Shown here: positions 9,255 to 19,259 of the stretch, piece after piece | Layout of the letters: every line of letters starts with the position of its first letter | How positions within the stretch are numbered: position 1 is the stretch's first letter | DNA from: a virus | Lineage: Duplodnaviria > Heunggongvirae > Uroviricota > Caudoviricetes | IMG/VR virus record: IMGVR_UViG_3300029288_000059 | Location: 64,001 to 128,000 of that record | Length of the DNA: 64,000 bases | Direction: 5' to 3' (one strand) | Translations under genes and position numbers: made by a program | Notes under the pieces: generated by a model | Seen by the model: the letters and a program-made list of their open reading frames with translations, nothing else | Databases searched by the model: none | Told to the model about the DNA's origin: nothing

Positions 9255-10025
9255 ATGGTAAAACAACAAAAGAAGAATACACGGTTTAATAAACAAACAA
9301 GACGTACCGATAAGGCTGGATTCCAACAAGACCAAACTAAAAAAGTATCAATCGTGCCGAAACATAATAATATCGAAGTTATTCCTCGTAATGTGGAACA
9401 AGAAAAATATCTTGAAATGTTAAATGACCCTAGTAAATTTGTTGTTGTTTGTACCGGACGGGCAGGTAGTGGTAAAACCCATTTAGCAACTTTATGGGCA
9501 ATCCAACAATATCAAATGGGTAAAGCAGATAAGATTGTTATTACACGCCCTAACGTGGCGACTGATGGTATGGGTATTGGTTTTATGCCGGGTACACTTA
9601 TTGAAAAGATGTGGGATTGGATTGGTCCATTTGTTGACGCATTCTATCAAGCCGGATATTCTAAGATTGAATTGGAAAAATTCTTAGAGATTGGCGTTAT
9701 AGAAATTATTCCTATTGCATTTATAAGAGGGCGTTCATTAACTGATTGTGTTATCTTAGCAGATGAATGTCAAAACTTAACTAAGAATTCAATGCTTAGT
9801 ATCTTAACCCGTTTTGGTAAGAATTCTAAATTGGTTGTAATTGGTGATGTTAAACAATCTGATTTGGGTAGAGATAATAAGAATGGATTGGGCGACTTTA
9901 TTGAAAGATTTAAAAGTCGAGTAGATAGTGGTGTCGCGGTAACGTCATTGACACAGTGTGAACGTCATCCCGTAATCCAAGAGATATTGGACGTATATGA
10001 AGCCAATGGAGTTTGGGATAGTTAA
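9255..10025 (+). CDS. phoH: PhoH-like ATPase
   Basis: GRAGSGKT, ITRP, GFMPG, FIRGRSL, DECQN, GDVKQSD. Confidence 0.95.
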   Translation: MVKQQKKNTRFNKQTRRTDKAGFQQDQTKKVSIVPKHNNIEVIPRNVEQEKYLEMLNDPSKFVVVCTGRAGSGKTHLATLWAIQQYQMGKADKIVITRPNVATDGMGIGFMPGTLIEKMWDWIGPFVDAFYQAGYSKIELEKFLEIGVIEIIPIAFIRGRSLTDCVILADECQNLTKNSMLSILTRFGKNSKLVVIGDVKQSDLGRDNKNGLGDFIERFKSRVDSGVAVTSLTQCERHPVIQEILDVYEANGVWDS

Positions 10026-10026
10026 T

Positions 10027-10329
10027 ATGAGTATTGTAACGTATCGTAATATTGAACTCTTACCATTAACGTTTGTTTTGGAACAAATTACTAATGGTGA
10101 TGTTGTATCTAATTCATTAACCGATTGGATGAATGAATTCTTACGACAAGTTCAATATTTACGAACTACTAATGATATGATGTATGATTATTATCCTTAT
10201 GTTACTAATATGGTAACTAACGATTGTTTAGTTGGAATTACAACGATTGATAATATAACGATAGAACAAGCTAAATCGTTACTAATCACTATTAATGATA
10301 AGTTTTTTAATAATAATCCATTGTTTTAA
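10027..10329 (+). CDS. hypothetical protein
   Basis: ORF directly following phoH. Confidence 0.45.
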   Translation: MSIVTYRNIELLPLTFVLEQITNGDVVSNSLTDWMNEFLRQVQYLRTTNDMMYDYYPYVTNMVTNDCLVGITTIDNITIEQAKSLLITINDKFFNNNPLF

Positions 10330-10377
10330 TGTTATATTGTTTAATAGTTAAACTATTAATAAACGAGAAAAACCCAA

Positions 10378-10590
10378 ATGACTAGTATAGAAACAACGAT
10401 TGATGATACAATTAAACTTCATGGGAAGGTTAATGATGCATTACAGGATATGACAAGGGGTGAACCTTATCTTTCTAATAAAGAATGTGCGACTATTATT
10501 GACAAGATAATAGCTAAAAATAAAGAAATGGAGTACGAATTGAATTTATTAGCCGAAGATGTGAGTATTAACCCACACGATTATAATTAG
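10378..10590 (+). CDS. hypothetical protein
   Basis: 70-aa ORF. Confidence 0.45.
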   Translation: MTSIETTIDDTIKLHGKVNDALQDMTRGEPYLSNKECATIIDKIIAKNKEMEYELNLLAEDVSINPHDYN

Positions 10591-10623
10591 TACCTCGTTT
10601 AAACAATTAAACCACAATGGTAT

Positions 10624-10645
10624 AGGTGAGTATTAATACTCACCT
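10624..10645. terminator. palindrome between convergent genes, probable terminator
   Basis: perfect palindrome AGGTGAGTATTAATACTCACCT. Confidence 0.5.
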
Positions 10646-10942
10646 CTATTTTGATGCCTTATAATGTGCTGTTATAGTTACAACATCTATTTTAATTGAA
10701 GATTTACGGTTCTTATCCGTATTGAATAGACGGTCCAGTCGTATCAGTTCACCCAATATCAAATCTAAACTTCCTATCTTTTTAGTAAGTTTTCGATAAC
10801 CGGCAATACTTTTCCAATCTTTATTACTTTTTTTCATATAATTAATGATTTCTCTGAACGTATGTACCTTACGTCCCTTACCAATAGTATAATATATTGG
10901 TAATGTTCGTACCATTTTGGCGAATTTATGACGTTTTGACAT
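10646..10942 (-). CDS. basic hypothetical early protein
   Basis: AAGGAG RBS and early promoter upstream. Confidence 0.55.
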   Translation of the reverse strand: MSKRHKFAKMVRTLPIYYTIGKGRKVHTFREIINYMKKSNKDWKSIAGYRKLTKKIGSLDLILGELIRLDRLFNTDKNRKSSIKIDVVTITAHYKASK

Positions 10943-10965
10943 TGTAGTTCTCCTTGGTATGTTGT

Positions 10966-11003
10966 TTATAATTTAAGTATAACATATTATATTATAATGT
11001 CAA
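10966..11003 (-). promoter_or_regulatory. repeated early promoter TTGACA-N16/18-TATA(C/T)TTAAATTATAA; related copies near 11026(+), 14636(+), 18892(-), 26495(-), 32130(-), 32140(+), 37138(-), 48525(+), 58514(+), 58897(+), 62320(-), 63287(-)
   Basis: sigma70 -35/-10 with a conserved extension, recurring upstream of small accessory genes. Confidence 0.75.
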
Positions 11004-11085
11004 CTCTTATTTTAATAGAAAGTAATTGACTTAATATTGCATTATATGTTATATTAAAATTATAACATTATATAAGGAATATAAC

Positions 11086-11556
11086 ATGAAAGATTATACA
11101 TTAGAAGATTTAGAACGTGATGGTGGTTTTGGTTTGGATATAGACCTTAAACCAATTCCGTATGTCACCCATCTTCAAAAAACTCAGTTAGAAGAATTAA
11201 ACGAATTAATTTGTACTTTAAAGAATTTAAAGATTGGTGATTCATTTACTGTAAAGACGTATGACGAATTACAAAGAATAAGATATAAGTCTGCAGTTCT
11301 TCATGTTAATTTGCAATATGAACAAATTGATGATGGTTATCGTATAACTGCTATTGGTGAGAATGGTAATGACCTACTAATAAAACATAAGAAGGAAATG
11401 ATGGAATTATTAAAAAAGATGAAATCAGGGGAATCTTTTGTGATTAAGTCTACATCTAATCATAGGCATCAATATGTAAGATATGGACGTGAGTTGGGTA
11501 TTAAAATAGCCACTCGTTATGAATATAAAGACCATTATCGTGTTTGGAAGCTATAA
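11086..11556 (+). CDS. hypothetical protein with duplicated small domain
   Basis: two copies of a G[DE]SFx[VI]...YR[IV] unit; paralog of next gene. Confidence 0.6.
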   Translation: MKDYTLEDLERDGGFGLDIDLKPIPYVTHLQKTQLEELNELICTLKNLKIGDSFTVKTYDELQRIRYKSAVLHVNLQYEQIDDGYRITAIGENGNDLLIKHKKEMMELLKKMKSGESFVIKSTSNHRHQYVRYGRELGIKIATRYEYKDHYRVWKL

Positions 11557-11567
11557 GGAATATTACG

Positions 11568-11951
11568 ATGACAGAATGCATATTAGAGATTTTACAAGAT
11601 GTTGACATACTAAGTATTGCCGATACATTAAGAAATTTAAAACATGGTGATGTTATTAATGTTCGTACCAGTAAAGAACTATGTATCATATATGATGTGG
11701 CAGATAAGTTAAGAATAAAATTAGTTACTAGTAAACAGGAAAATGGGTATTATCTCGTATTAGATAGCGTTCGTACAGAACAGTATAGAAATAAAATCAT
11801 TAAACTACTTAGTCGAATGGAACATGGTGATTCATTTTGCATTGTTAAACGAAGTGATGATATATATTATAATAATATTAGTAAAAGAATTGGAATTAAT
11901 ATAGTTGCTCGTAGAGTATGTGATAATTATTATCGAATTTGGAAGATTTAA
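11568..11951 (+). CDS. paralog of upstream duplicated-domain protein
   Basis: LKHGDVI / MEHGDSF..YYRIWK. Confidence 0.6.
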   Translation: MTECILEILQDVDILSIADTLRNLKHGDVINVRTSKELCIIYDVADKLRIKLVTSKQENGYYLVLDSVRTEQYRNKIIKLLSRMEHGDSFCIVKRSDDIYYNNISKRIGINIVARRVCDNYYRIWKI

Positions 11952-11984
11952 AATCCCATAAATATAACAGTATGGGAGTTAATA

Positions 11985-13004
11985 ATGGTTAATATATTAA
12001 AGTTATTAGATGAGAAACGTTCACACGATGGATTGAACGTAAGAGTATCAACATATCAATTTTTATCAAAATATAAAAATGACCCAAATGCTTATCTACA
12101 TACATCAGCTATTAAGAAGATTGGTATTAAACCATTAACAAATGCAGAAGATGATACTCCATTAGGCGTTTATACTTTTAAAATAATGGATATATGGAAA
12201 CGGATTGAAGCTAGTAAGGATAAGAATGATTTATCATATCAACTAACTTACTATGGTGGTCCTGAATTATACATACTGCATCCAACTAAACCAATCATGG
12301 ATGAAAATACTTATACATTAAGTATGTATAAGAAAGATTTGAAACGATTAAATATTACACAAAAACGTGAATTAGAATTATTGTCCGATACTGGATATAA
12401 GTATAAGAATCTAAAACTACCATTATATAGATTTTGGGAAATAACTAAGTTATATGTTTGTGACTTCGACTATGGTGCTAATAACCCAGTTAAATGGAAT
12501 AACTTGTTAAGAAAGTTAGGCTATTATATTTTTAGTGATGATGGGGTTGGTTATATTCATGACCACGAACCAGTTCAAACGGTATTCTTAACAACTAATG
12601 CATTTGAAGTAATTGATACACATTATAACAATGAAGTATATAAAGTTAAGGTAGATGATAAAGAGTTACGTTCAAACCGTTTATCATCTATAATGAATAC
12701 TAAAACTTTACATCCATCTTACGATGATGAAATTCGTCCTGAACAATACCGTAATGTAAAAGTATGGAATGTTAAGGAAGTTGGATTACAAGAGTTACAT
12801 GACTTCTATGATGATTATGGTAGGACTGGTATGACTATTAATGTTGGTAAATTAGTTATCCCACATACTGTTATTGATTCATTAGACTATATATGTGATA
12901 ATATGAATAAATTTAAAACTATTAATGTTAATACTGTACATATTGATGGTGGTAAGAAAGAGGATTATGATTTAATCCCCTTTAAGTATAATGGTATTGT
13001 ATAA
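11985..13004 (+). CDS. putative virion-internal protein with MVNILKLL(N/D)E leader
   Basis: leader shared with five other proteins; CATAAATA upstream. Confidence 0.6.
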   Translation: MVNILKLLDEKRSHDGLNVRVSTYQFLSKYKNDPNAYLHTSAIKKIGIKPLTNAEDDTPLGVYTFKIMDIWKRIEASKDKNDLSYQLTYYGGPELYILHPTKPIMDENTYTLSMYKKDLKRLNITQKRELELLSDTGYKYKNLKLPLYRFWEITKLYVCDFDYGANNPVKWNNLLRKLGYYIFSDDGVGYIHDHEPVQTVFLTTNAFEVIDTHYNNEVYKVKVDDKELRSNRLSSIMNTKTLHPSYDDEIRPEQYRNVKVWNVKEVGLQELHDFYDDYGRTGMTINVGKLVIPHTVIDSLDYICDNMNKFKTINVNTVHIDGGKKEDYDLIPFKYNGIV

Positions 13005-13017
13005 TCTGTTATGATAA

Positions 13018-14523
13018 TGTTAATTAACTTCATATAATCTATTACATTTTATAATATAATACAACATTATTTGTATATAAATAATATATTGACTTCTTTG
13101 TTAATGAAGTACATACTAACTTTAAATAATAAGGAAGTTATATGATTAGAACTAGTACTCATAATATACAACAAAGCAATACAGGTAAGTTATCTAACTT
13201 AGCTATATTGCATAATGAGTATATACGTGTATGTTCTCAACTGATTGATTATTGTTGGGATAATCCAGTTATTACTTCATATACGTCAAGCGATAACATA
13301 ACCCATACTACTACTTTTGATGTATCACGTAATTTATTTGATTTGCCTGTATTTTTACCAACTAACATAACAAAATTAGCTAAAATTAATACTTTTTTGA
13401 CAGGTAAATCACTTAAAAGTATCATTACTAAAGTGAATGGTATGCTTAAAGCAAGTACTACGAAACAAAGGAAACGTATATACCAATATAATAAATTAAA
13501 ACAAGATGGATATACTAAAAAGCAATTATCACAACTGATTAAAAAAATAAAACAAAATATACCACAGAAACCAAATTGTTCCAATATTAATATGGAATAC
13601 GATACCAACTGTTGTAAATTCTATACAACTAATAAAAATAACAATGAATTCAATGGGGTTGATGGCTTTTTACGTCTTACTGCCATTACTAAAAGTAAGA
13701 TGAATATATGTATTCCTATTAATATGACTCGTCACTCGAATAAATTCAAGACTATTGGTAAAATGAAGACTTCCTTCCTAATAACACCAAAGAAAGTAGA
13801 TATTAGATGGGATATTCCTACTCCTGTATTACGCACAACTGGTAGTATAGTCGGTGCAGACCAAGGACTATTAGACGTATTAACCCTATCAGATACACAA
13901 GTTACCACTAACGAAGACATACATGGACATACTCAAAAATCCATACTAGACAAGGTATGTCGTAAGAAAAGAGGTAGTAAGGCCTTTAAACGTGCTAAAC
14001 AACACCAAGTCAACTTCGTTAATTGGTCAATCAACCAACTCAATTTTGATAATGTTAAGCAAGTAAATTTAGAAGATATATGGAACATTAACTATAAGAA
14101 GAATTCATGTCAAATGCTAAAACATTGGCAGAATACTATCATCAGAGACAAGTTGTTGTCTGTTTGTGAATCACTCGGGGTCCGAGTGGAGAAGCAGGCA
14201 TCTACTTATAGAAGTCAAAGATGTAGTTGTTGTGGGCAAGTGCGGAAATCGAATCGGAAAGGGAAAACCTATACGTGCCATAATTGTGGTTTAGAACTAG
14301 ATGCAGACTTAAATGCATCTATCAATCTAAGTATGAAGTTGCCTGAAATCCCGTGGAATATCCGCAAACTTAATTTAAATAGAAAAGGGTTTTACTGGAC
14401 TGCCAATGGCATATTCAGTGATAATACCTATCTAGATAGATTAAGTGATGGGCGTTTACAGTCCCCATCACCAAAAAACTTAAAACAATACAAGGTTAAT
14501 AATGTATTGGTTTAGGTGACTGT
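13018..14523 (+). mobile_element. non-autonomous IS607-type element 2 (TnpB only)
   Basis: closely related to element 1 over its whole length; TGT at both ends; flanks differ. Confidence 0.85.
13142..14515 (+). CDS. tnpB: TnpB RNA-guided endonuclease
   Basis: intact RuvC D/E/D motifs, zinc ribbon. Confidence 0.9.
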   Translation: MIRTSTHNIQQSNTGKLSNLAILHNEYIRVCSQLIDYCWDNPVITSYTSSDNITHTTTFDVSRNLFDLPVFLPTNITKLAKINTFLTGKSLKSIITKVNGMLKASTTKQRKRIYQYNKLKQDGYTKKQLSQLIKKIKQNIPQKPNCSNINMEYDTNCCKFYTTNKNNNEFNGVDGFLRLTAITKSKMNICIPINMTRHSNKFKTIGKMKTSFLITPKKVDIRWDIPTPVLRTTGSIVGADQGLLDVLTLSDTQVTTNEDIHGHTQKSILDKVCRKKRGSKAFKRAKQHQVNFVNWSINQLNFDNVKQVNLEDIWNINYKKNSCQMLKHWQNTIIRDKLLSVCESLGVRVEKQASTYRSQRCSCCGQVRKSNRKGKTYTCHNCGLELDADLNASINLSMKLPEIPWNIRKLNLNRKGFYWTANGIFSDNTYLDRLSDGRLQSPSPKNLKQYKVNNVLV

Positions 14524-14697
14524 AAAAACTCTTAATCCTTGTTTTATTGATTTATTAAGGAGATGTTTTGTCCTTCTTGCATATATTGAATGAATCTTTC
14601 TCTTCTGTTTCAACTACTGAATTAATGATTGTCTATTGACTTAGTAATGAAATACTATTATACTTAAATTATAAATTGAACATTAGGAGTAACAATA

Positions 14698-14994
14698 ATG
14701 AGTTTATTTTATGTAACCACTAATGCATTAGAGTGTGGAATTGGTTTATATCATGGTGAATTATTGGAGAATAATAAAGTAGTCTTACAAGCAGATAAAA
14801 AGGAATACGAGTTAAACGTTGATTGTTTTACCAGTTTAACGGCTGCACGTAATAAGTTACGGGAAATGACTGATGATGAGATTAACCGTTTAGAGTGTAA
14901 TATAAGCAATTTAAAGAATACGTTGAATCGTTTAAAGAATTCACCTTTTTGTTCTAGTAATTTTATTGACTGTGAAGATGTTAATTTAACATGA
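14698..14994 (+). CDS. hypothetical early protein
   Basis: early promoter plus AGGAG RBS; coiled-coil-like C-terminus. Confidence 0.55.
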   Translation: MSLFYVTTNALECGIGLYHGELLENNKVVLQADKKEYELNVDCFTSLTAARNKLREMTDDEINRLECNISNLKNTLNRLKNSPFCSSNFIDCEDVNLT

Positions 14995-15368
14995 CTAGAT
15001 ATTTAGAACCATATAAAGAACAGAAGGGAAGTTACCCACGTATATGTAGTGATAGGTATTATGAATTGAACGCTAGTCATAAATGGAAAAATATCATCAC
15101 TCGTTATTCATTAGTATTAACAACTCGTGCTACTCCAACTCATATAATTCCGAGTATTAAGTACATTAATTGGAATATAACAATGGAGGACGGTAGTTTG
15201 TTGCCCGTGTGTAAGAACCCCTTTTATGTAGGAAATGATATTTTTACAAATGGAAATACATCAAATGACTTAGTAGAACATTATGTATTAGGCGAACATA
15301 CAAAATGGTATTGTAATGTTTCTAAAAATAGTTCACCTTTTTATGTAACTCATTGTAGCAGTATATAA
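14991..15368 (+). CDS. RxLEPY-family protein (degenerate LRR)
   Basis: MTRYLEPY, NIITR, IKYIN, PFYVG. Confidence 0.7.
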   Translation: MTRYLEPYKEQKGSYPRICSDRYYELNASHKWKNIITRYSLVLTTRATPTHIIPSIKYINWNITMEDGSLLPVCKNPFYVGNDIFTNGNTSNDLVEHYVLGEHTKWYCNVSKNSSPFYVTHCSSI

Positions 15369-15739
15369 TGAGATATTTAGAGCCATATATCAAGCATGAT
15401 AATTCTATATTAAATAATACGTATGAAGACGTTGTACTTCGTAGTCGTGAAGAATCGAATTATAGTAATATAATAGTGAGAGGTACGGCAGCGATTGGTT
15501 GTAGTAGAAGTTGGTTTCGTCCTTATTATAAGTATGTAAAAGACAACTTTTTAGGTAGTCCGATTTATGCAGGAGGATTATTATGTTGTAATAATTTTGG
15601 TTTAAAATCATTAGACAGATTTCCATTAGCGATAGGTAAAGATTTATATTATTCAAATAATAATATTCCCATTCACGAAGTTATATCAAAAATTCATCCT
15701 TTTGTTGGTGGGTTACTTATAAGTAATAAATATACTTAG
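15368..15739 (+). CDS. RxLEPY-family LRR protein
   Basis: MRYLEPY, NIIVRG, SPIYAGG, LKSLDRFPLAIG. Confidence 0.7.
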   Translation: MRYLEPYIKHDNSILNNTYEDVVLRSREESNYSNIIVRGTAAIGCSRSWFRPYYKYVKDNFLGSPIYAGGLLCCNNFGLKSLDRFPLAIGKDLYYSNNNIPIHEVISKIHPFVGGLLISNKYT

Positions 15740-15769
15740 GATTTTTAATTTGTTAATGGGGTATTCATA

Positions 15770-16462
15770 ATGCGTATAGATGATATAGAAGTAGGATTGA
15801 ATGAGGAAATACTAACTAATCTTACTCATAACCCTAACGAATTTCCAAGTAAGTATAGATTCGAATTAGGATTAAAAATTGTATCTAATAATGTACATAA
15901 TATTATACAAAACATTGCTGATGCATATATTATATCACTATTAGATAAACGCAGTGTATTTGATATTATTAATGAAGAACATGGAAGTATAAGTGATACA
16001 TTAGCCGTTATAAATGATGCATTACATAATTATTCAGACCATGATAGTTTTTTAAAGTTTGTATCCGCCAAAGATTGCAAACAAGAACTACAAAAATTAG
16101 TTAAGATATCAAATCTTGTTTTAGACCGTTCTTATTCATTAAGAGTTAATATTGATAAAACCTTACCTCAAGAATTTCAAAGTTTGTTATTTCAATGTTG
16201 TTGTACATTAATGGATGTTTGCTCTAATATAACATTAGGGTGTCGTAGTGTTGTAACTAATGTATATAGAGAACCTAAGATGCAATTTTCTATTGGTAAG
16301 TTATCTATGAAAGTAAGAGATTTTTTATATGCCGTTCAAAAGAATAGTAATCCTATTGAGGAAGATGAAGCGTGCGGCTTATCAGAATTAGAAGTGCAAC
16401 AACTGCGTGCATTGAGAAAATTAAAGAAACAATTAGATGAGATGCAGTTTAAAGACATTTAA
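15770..16462 (+). CDS. hypothetical protein, possibly virion-internal
   Basis: MRIDDIEVGLNEE N-terminus contains an LNE like the leader family. Confidence 0.5.
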   Translation: MRIDDIEVGLNEEILTNLTHNPNEFPSKYRFELGLKIVSNNVHNIIQNIADAYIISLLDKRSVFDIINEEHGSISDTLAVINDALHNYSDHDSFLKFVSAKDCKQELQKLVKISNLVLDRSYSLRVNIDKTLPQEFQSLLFQCCCTLMDVCSNITLGCRSVVTNVYREPKMQFSIGKLSMKVRDFLYAVQKNSNPIEEDEACGLSELEVQQLRALRKLKKQLDEMQFKDI

Positions 16463-16465
16463 TCA

Positions 16466-16663
16466 TCATTCATAAAGACGACCTGATAAGTATTTACGGT
16501 CGGGTAATCCGTCATTAAGATGTTGTTTATTAAACCAAAAATCACCTCTTATTATTATATTTTTGTTGTTACTGGATATGTAACCAATTGAATAATTCTA
16601 GTTAATATATGGGTACTCGTCGTATTCCTCATTATATGGTTCTAAATAACGGAATCTCATCAT
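16466..16663 (-). pseudogene. RxLEPY-family gene with in-frame TAG at 16598-16600
   Basis: MMRFRYLEPY...YIN*NYS...NIIIRGD...LPDRKYLSG; family motifs continue in frame past the TAG. Confidence 0.6.
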
Positions 16664-16941
16664 CAAACTCGTTTTTCTAATTCTGATATAGAACAGTTCT
16701 TTAGCTCATTAATACCCGGTTCTTTAATTACATTATTTATCAACATCATCGAACCATTTAGGAATAACGTTAATAGGAAAATCCCGTGCATACCAAAAGA
16801 ACCACTATATAGCATCATCAAACCATTTAGGAATATTAGTCCGAAGATAAACTTACGAATCTTTAGAAATTTACGCCGATTATACGATACTGAATATAAG
16901 TATGCATTATATAACGATTGATATCTTGTGAATTTATCCAT
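16663..16941 (-). CDS. small membrane protein (2 TM)
   Basis: two hydrophobic segments; AGGAG RBS. Confidence 0.55.
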   Translation of the reverse strand: MDKFTRYQSLYNAYLYSVSYNRRKFLKIRKFIFGLIFLNGLMMLYSGSFGMHGIFLLTLFLNGSMMLINNVIKEPGINELKNCSISELEKRV

Positions 16942-16990
16942 TATTTAAGTCTCCTCTTTTGTGATATATTATTGTATTCATCGAATTATG

Positions 16991-17449
16991 TCAATCTGTT
17001 AGGCGTCTAAATTTCCCATGGACTATTAATGTTGGTGGTTGTATTGGTATACCAGTACGATTAGTATAAATAAAATCACCCCGTACTTCAGTATTAATAT
17101 CTTCTAAATTGGTTATATTGGTACTACTATAAATTGCATTCTTGCCTATATAGAGAGGACTATATTTGGCAGAAGTAAGTTCATAATTTAATGAACAGTC
17201 AACGTCACCACCTACATATAACGGACAACCATATAATGATTCTATCTTCAAATTACAAATACAGAATTTACCAGCCACATATTTAAATTTTGGTAAATTA
17301 ATAATACGCGAACCATATAAGAAGACATCATTCCGAGTTATAATATTACCCGTGGTGCATAAGTAACGAGTGGTAATATTATGTTCACGCCATTGTTCTT
17401 CAGGATATCTACTATTAAAGATTTGATATGGTTCAATAGTCCTAATCAT
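16991..17449 (-). CDS. RxLEPY-family LRR protein
   Basis: MIRTIEPY, NIITR, LPKFKYVAG, SLYGCPLYVGG. Confidence 0.75.
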   Translation of the reverse strand: MIRTIEPYQIFNSRYPEEQWREHNITTRYLCTTGNIITRNDVFLYGSRIINLPKFKYVAGKFCICNLKIESLYGCPLYVGGDVDCSLNYELTSAKYSPLYIGKNAIYSSTNITNLEDINTEVRGDFIYTNRTGIPIQPPTLIVHGKFRRLTD

Positions 17450-18629
17450 CGAAGTCATTCCATGATAATTCATATTTGATATTACCAAACATATTACGAA
17501 TGTTATTAATATCCGTCTGAGAATGACTATTTTTTACAATATACCGTTTTAACAATTCAACGGCATCTTGTCCCTTTAATACGTAATGAACAACACAGTT
17601 AAGTTGTTGGTATTGAAATAAAGGCAAGTATTTCATAGCGAATGCTTTTCTGCGTTCAACGTCATTATGTATAAGGTCTAACGTTTTTTTAGATTCTTTA
17701 ACGAAACTATCAATTAATTTGGCAGTATTGAGAATTTGAGAATTTAATTCATTCTCAAAACGTTCAACTACTTCACGGTCAATATCTGATAATAACGATT
17801 TAAAATCATCTAATCCATCACCTGCAATAATATGCCATACGTCTTTTTCACGTAAGATAGCTTCTTGAGCTTTATGCATCATAATGTATTGTTCACATTT
17901 AATCTTGTACATCGTACCGTCATTAAACCGTAATACGAATCCTTCGATATCTTGCATTTGAGATATTAGTTGTACTACATCATTAATATTATTCGTATCG
18001 ACTTGTAAGCATGAAACTACATCAATGTTATAGTTTTTAGCAACTGATACTAAGTCATCATATGACATATACATACCCGTATTATTTTGACGTATTGCCG
18101 TTAAAGTTAAAGCAGGTTTGTTATACGCAACAACTATGCGATTTGTTGGGGAAGTATATTCATATATAGGTGACATATTGTTTTGAACGCATTCTTTATA
18201 TAAACGATAAAACTTATCATCATTTAAAAAGAAATTTTCACATTCAATGGCAACGTCAGTATGCCCCATCTTAGTATGAAACTGGAATACGCCATTAATT
18301 TCAACCGTATTGATTAATGAACCGTCTAATTTGTTTAAAATTATATGTGGTTTTGATAAATCAATATCGTTTATTTGTGAGGATTCGTTTTCATTAATAT
18401 TAAAAAACTTATGATACTTACGTACTAATATATCACCGTTATCATCAAACGTTAATCCACGACATTCACGTCGAATGGCATCAATTGTGGAATCACCACT
18501 AAAGAACGTATCTTTAAACGCGACGTTGTAGTTGATAATTTGATAACCATTACGTTTGGCTACGATGAACTCATCACGCCCTTGTATGGCGGGTAAAACG
18601 TCCATTATGTTGTTGATAATTGGGAACAT
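17442..18629 (-). CDS. rnlA: T4 Rnl1-like RNA ligase
   Basis: RECRGL, KFFNINE, KLDGS (motif I), EYTSPTNRIV, EGFV, KIK. Confidence 0.9.
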   Translation of the reverse strand: MFPIINNIMDVLPAIQGRDEFIVAKRNGYQIINYNVAFKDTFFSGDSTIDAIRRECRGLTFDDNGDILVRKYHKFFNINENESSQINDIDLSKPHIILNKLDGSLINTVEINGVFQFHTKMGHTDVAIECENFFLNDDKFYRLYKECVQNNMSPIYEYTSPTNRIVVAYNKPALTLTAIRQNNTGMYMSYDDLVSVAKNYNIDVVSCLQVDTNNINDVVQLISQMQDIEGFVLRFNDGTMYKIKCEQYIMMHKAQEAILREKDVWHIIAGDGLDDFKSLLSDIDREVVERFENELNSQILNTAKLIDSFVKESKKTLDLIHNDVERRKAFAMKYLPLFQYQQLNCVVHYVLKGQDAVELLKRYIVKNSHSQTDINNIRNMFGNIKYELSWNDFDD

Positions 18630-18832
18630 TATTTTGCCTCCCGTGCTTCTAAGATTGATTCTACATTATTAAGAACTTGTTGTAAATCATAACGCATTAA
18701 GCTATATGATTCACTATCCATAATTTCAGTATGAAGAATTATGGTAATTTCATTTTTACAATTAACCAATTCTTCATCGGTTACAGTTAAACAACGACTT
18801 AACTTTTCTTTTACTGTTATAATATTTGCCAT
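18629..18832 (-). CDS. hypothetical early protein
   Basis: likely true start MANIITV downstream of the early promoter. Confidence 0.5.
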   Translation of the reverse strand: MANIITVKEKLSRCLTVTDEELVNCKNEITIILHTEIMDSESYSLMRYDLQQVLNNVESILEAREAK

Positions 18833-18938
18833 TGTTTTGTTCCTTTGTTTGTGTTTATAATTTAAGTATAACACATTATAATCTATTGTCAATAGTCATT
18901 TTAATAAATATAACAAATTAATATAGGAGCATAAGATA

Positions 18939-19259
18939 ATGGTTAACATATTAAAATTGTTAAACGAAGATTGCGTAAGTAATACATGGACAACAATAGA
19001 AATACATGAAGGTGATTATCCGGGTATTAAATTAGATAATGACGGTGTTTTGGGGTCACGTAGTTATGACAAAGGTAATTGTACATTAGATGTACATTTA
19101 GATTATAGCGTTCCATCTCTTAATGGGGTTCGTGCTATATATAAGGGCGAAGTTATTAAATTAGATACTGATAAGATGTCACCCGATTTTAAAAAGAAGA
19201 TAGATTCAATATTACAGGATGAAATACTTAAATTATTCACTGAATGGAATAATAAATGA
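18939..19259 (+). CDS. putative virion-internal protein with MVNILKLLNE leader
   Basis: leader motif; AATAAATA upstream. Confidence 0.6.
   Translation: MVNILKLLNEDCVSNTWTTIEIHEGDYPGIKLDNDGVLGSRSYDKGNCTLDVHLDYSVPSLNGVRAIYKGEVIKLDTDKMSPDFKKKIDSILQDEILKLFTEWNNK

Noticed and set aside
5913-16663. Genome-wide TAG reassignment
   Set aside because: Many intact genes (queD, phoH, gp6-like wedge, rnhA) end at TAG at their expected C-termini, and long genes are not fragmented
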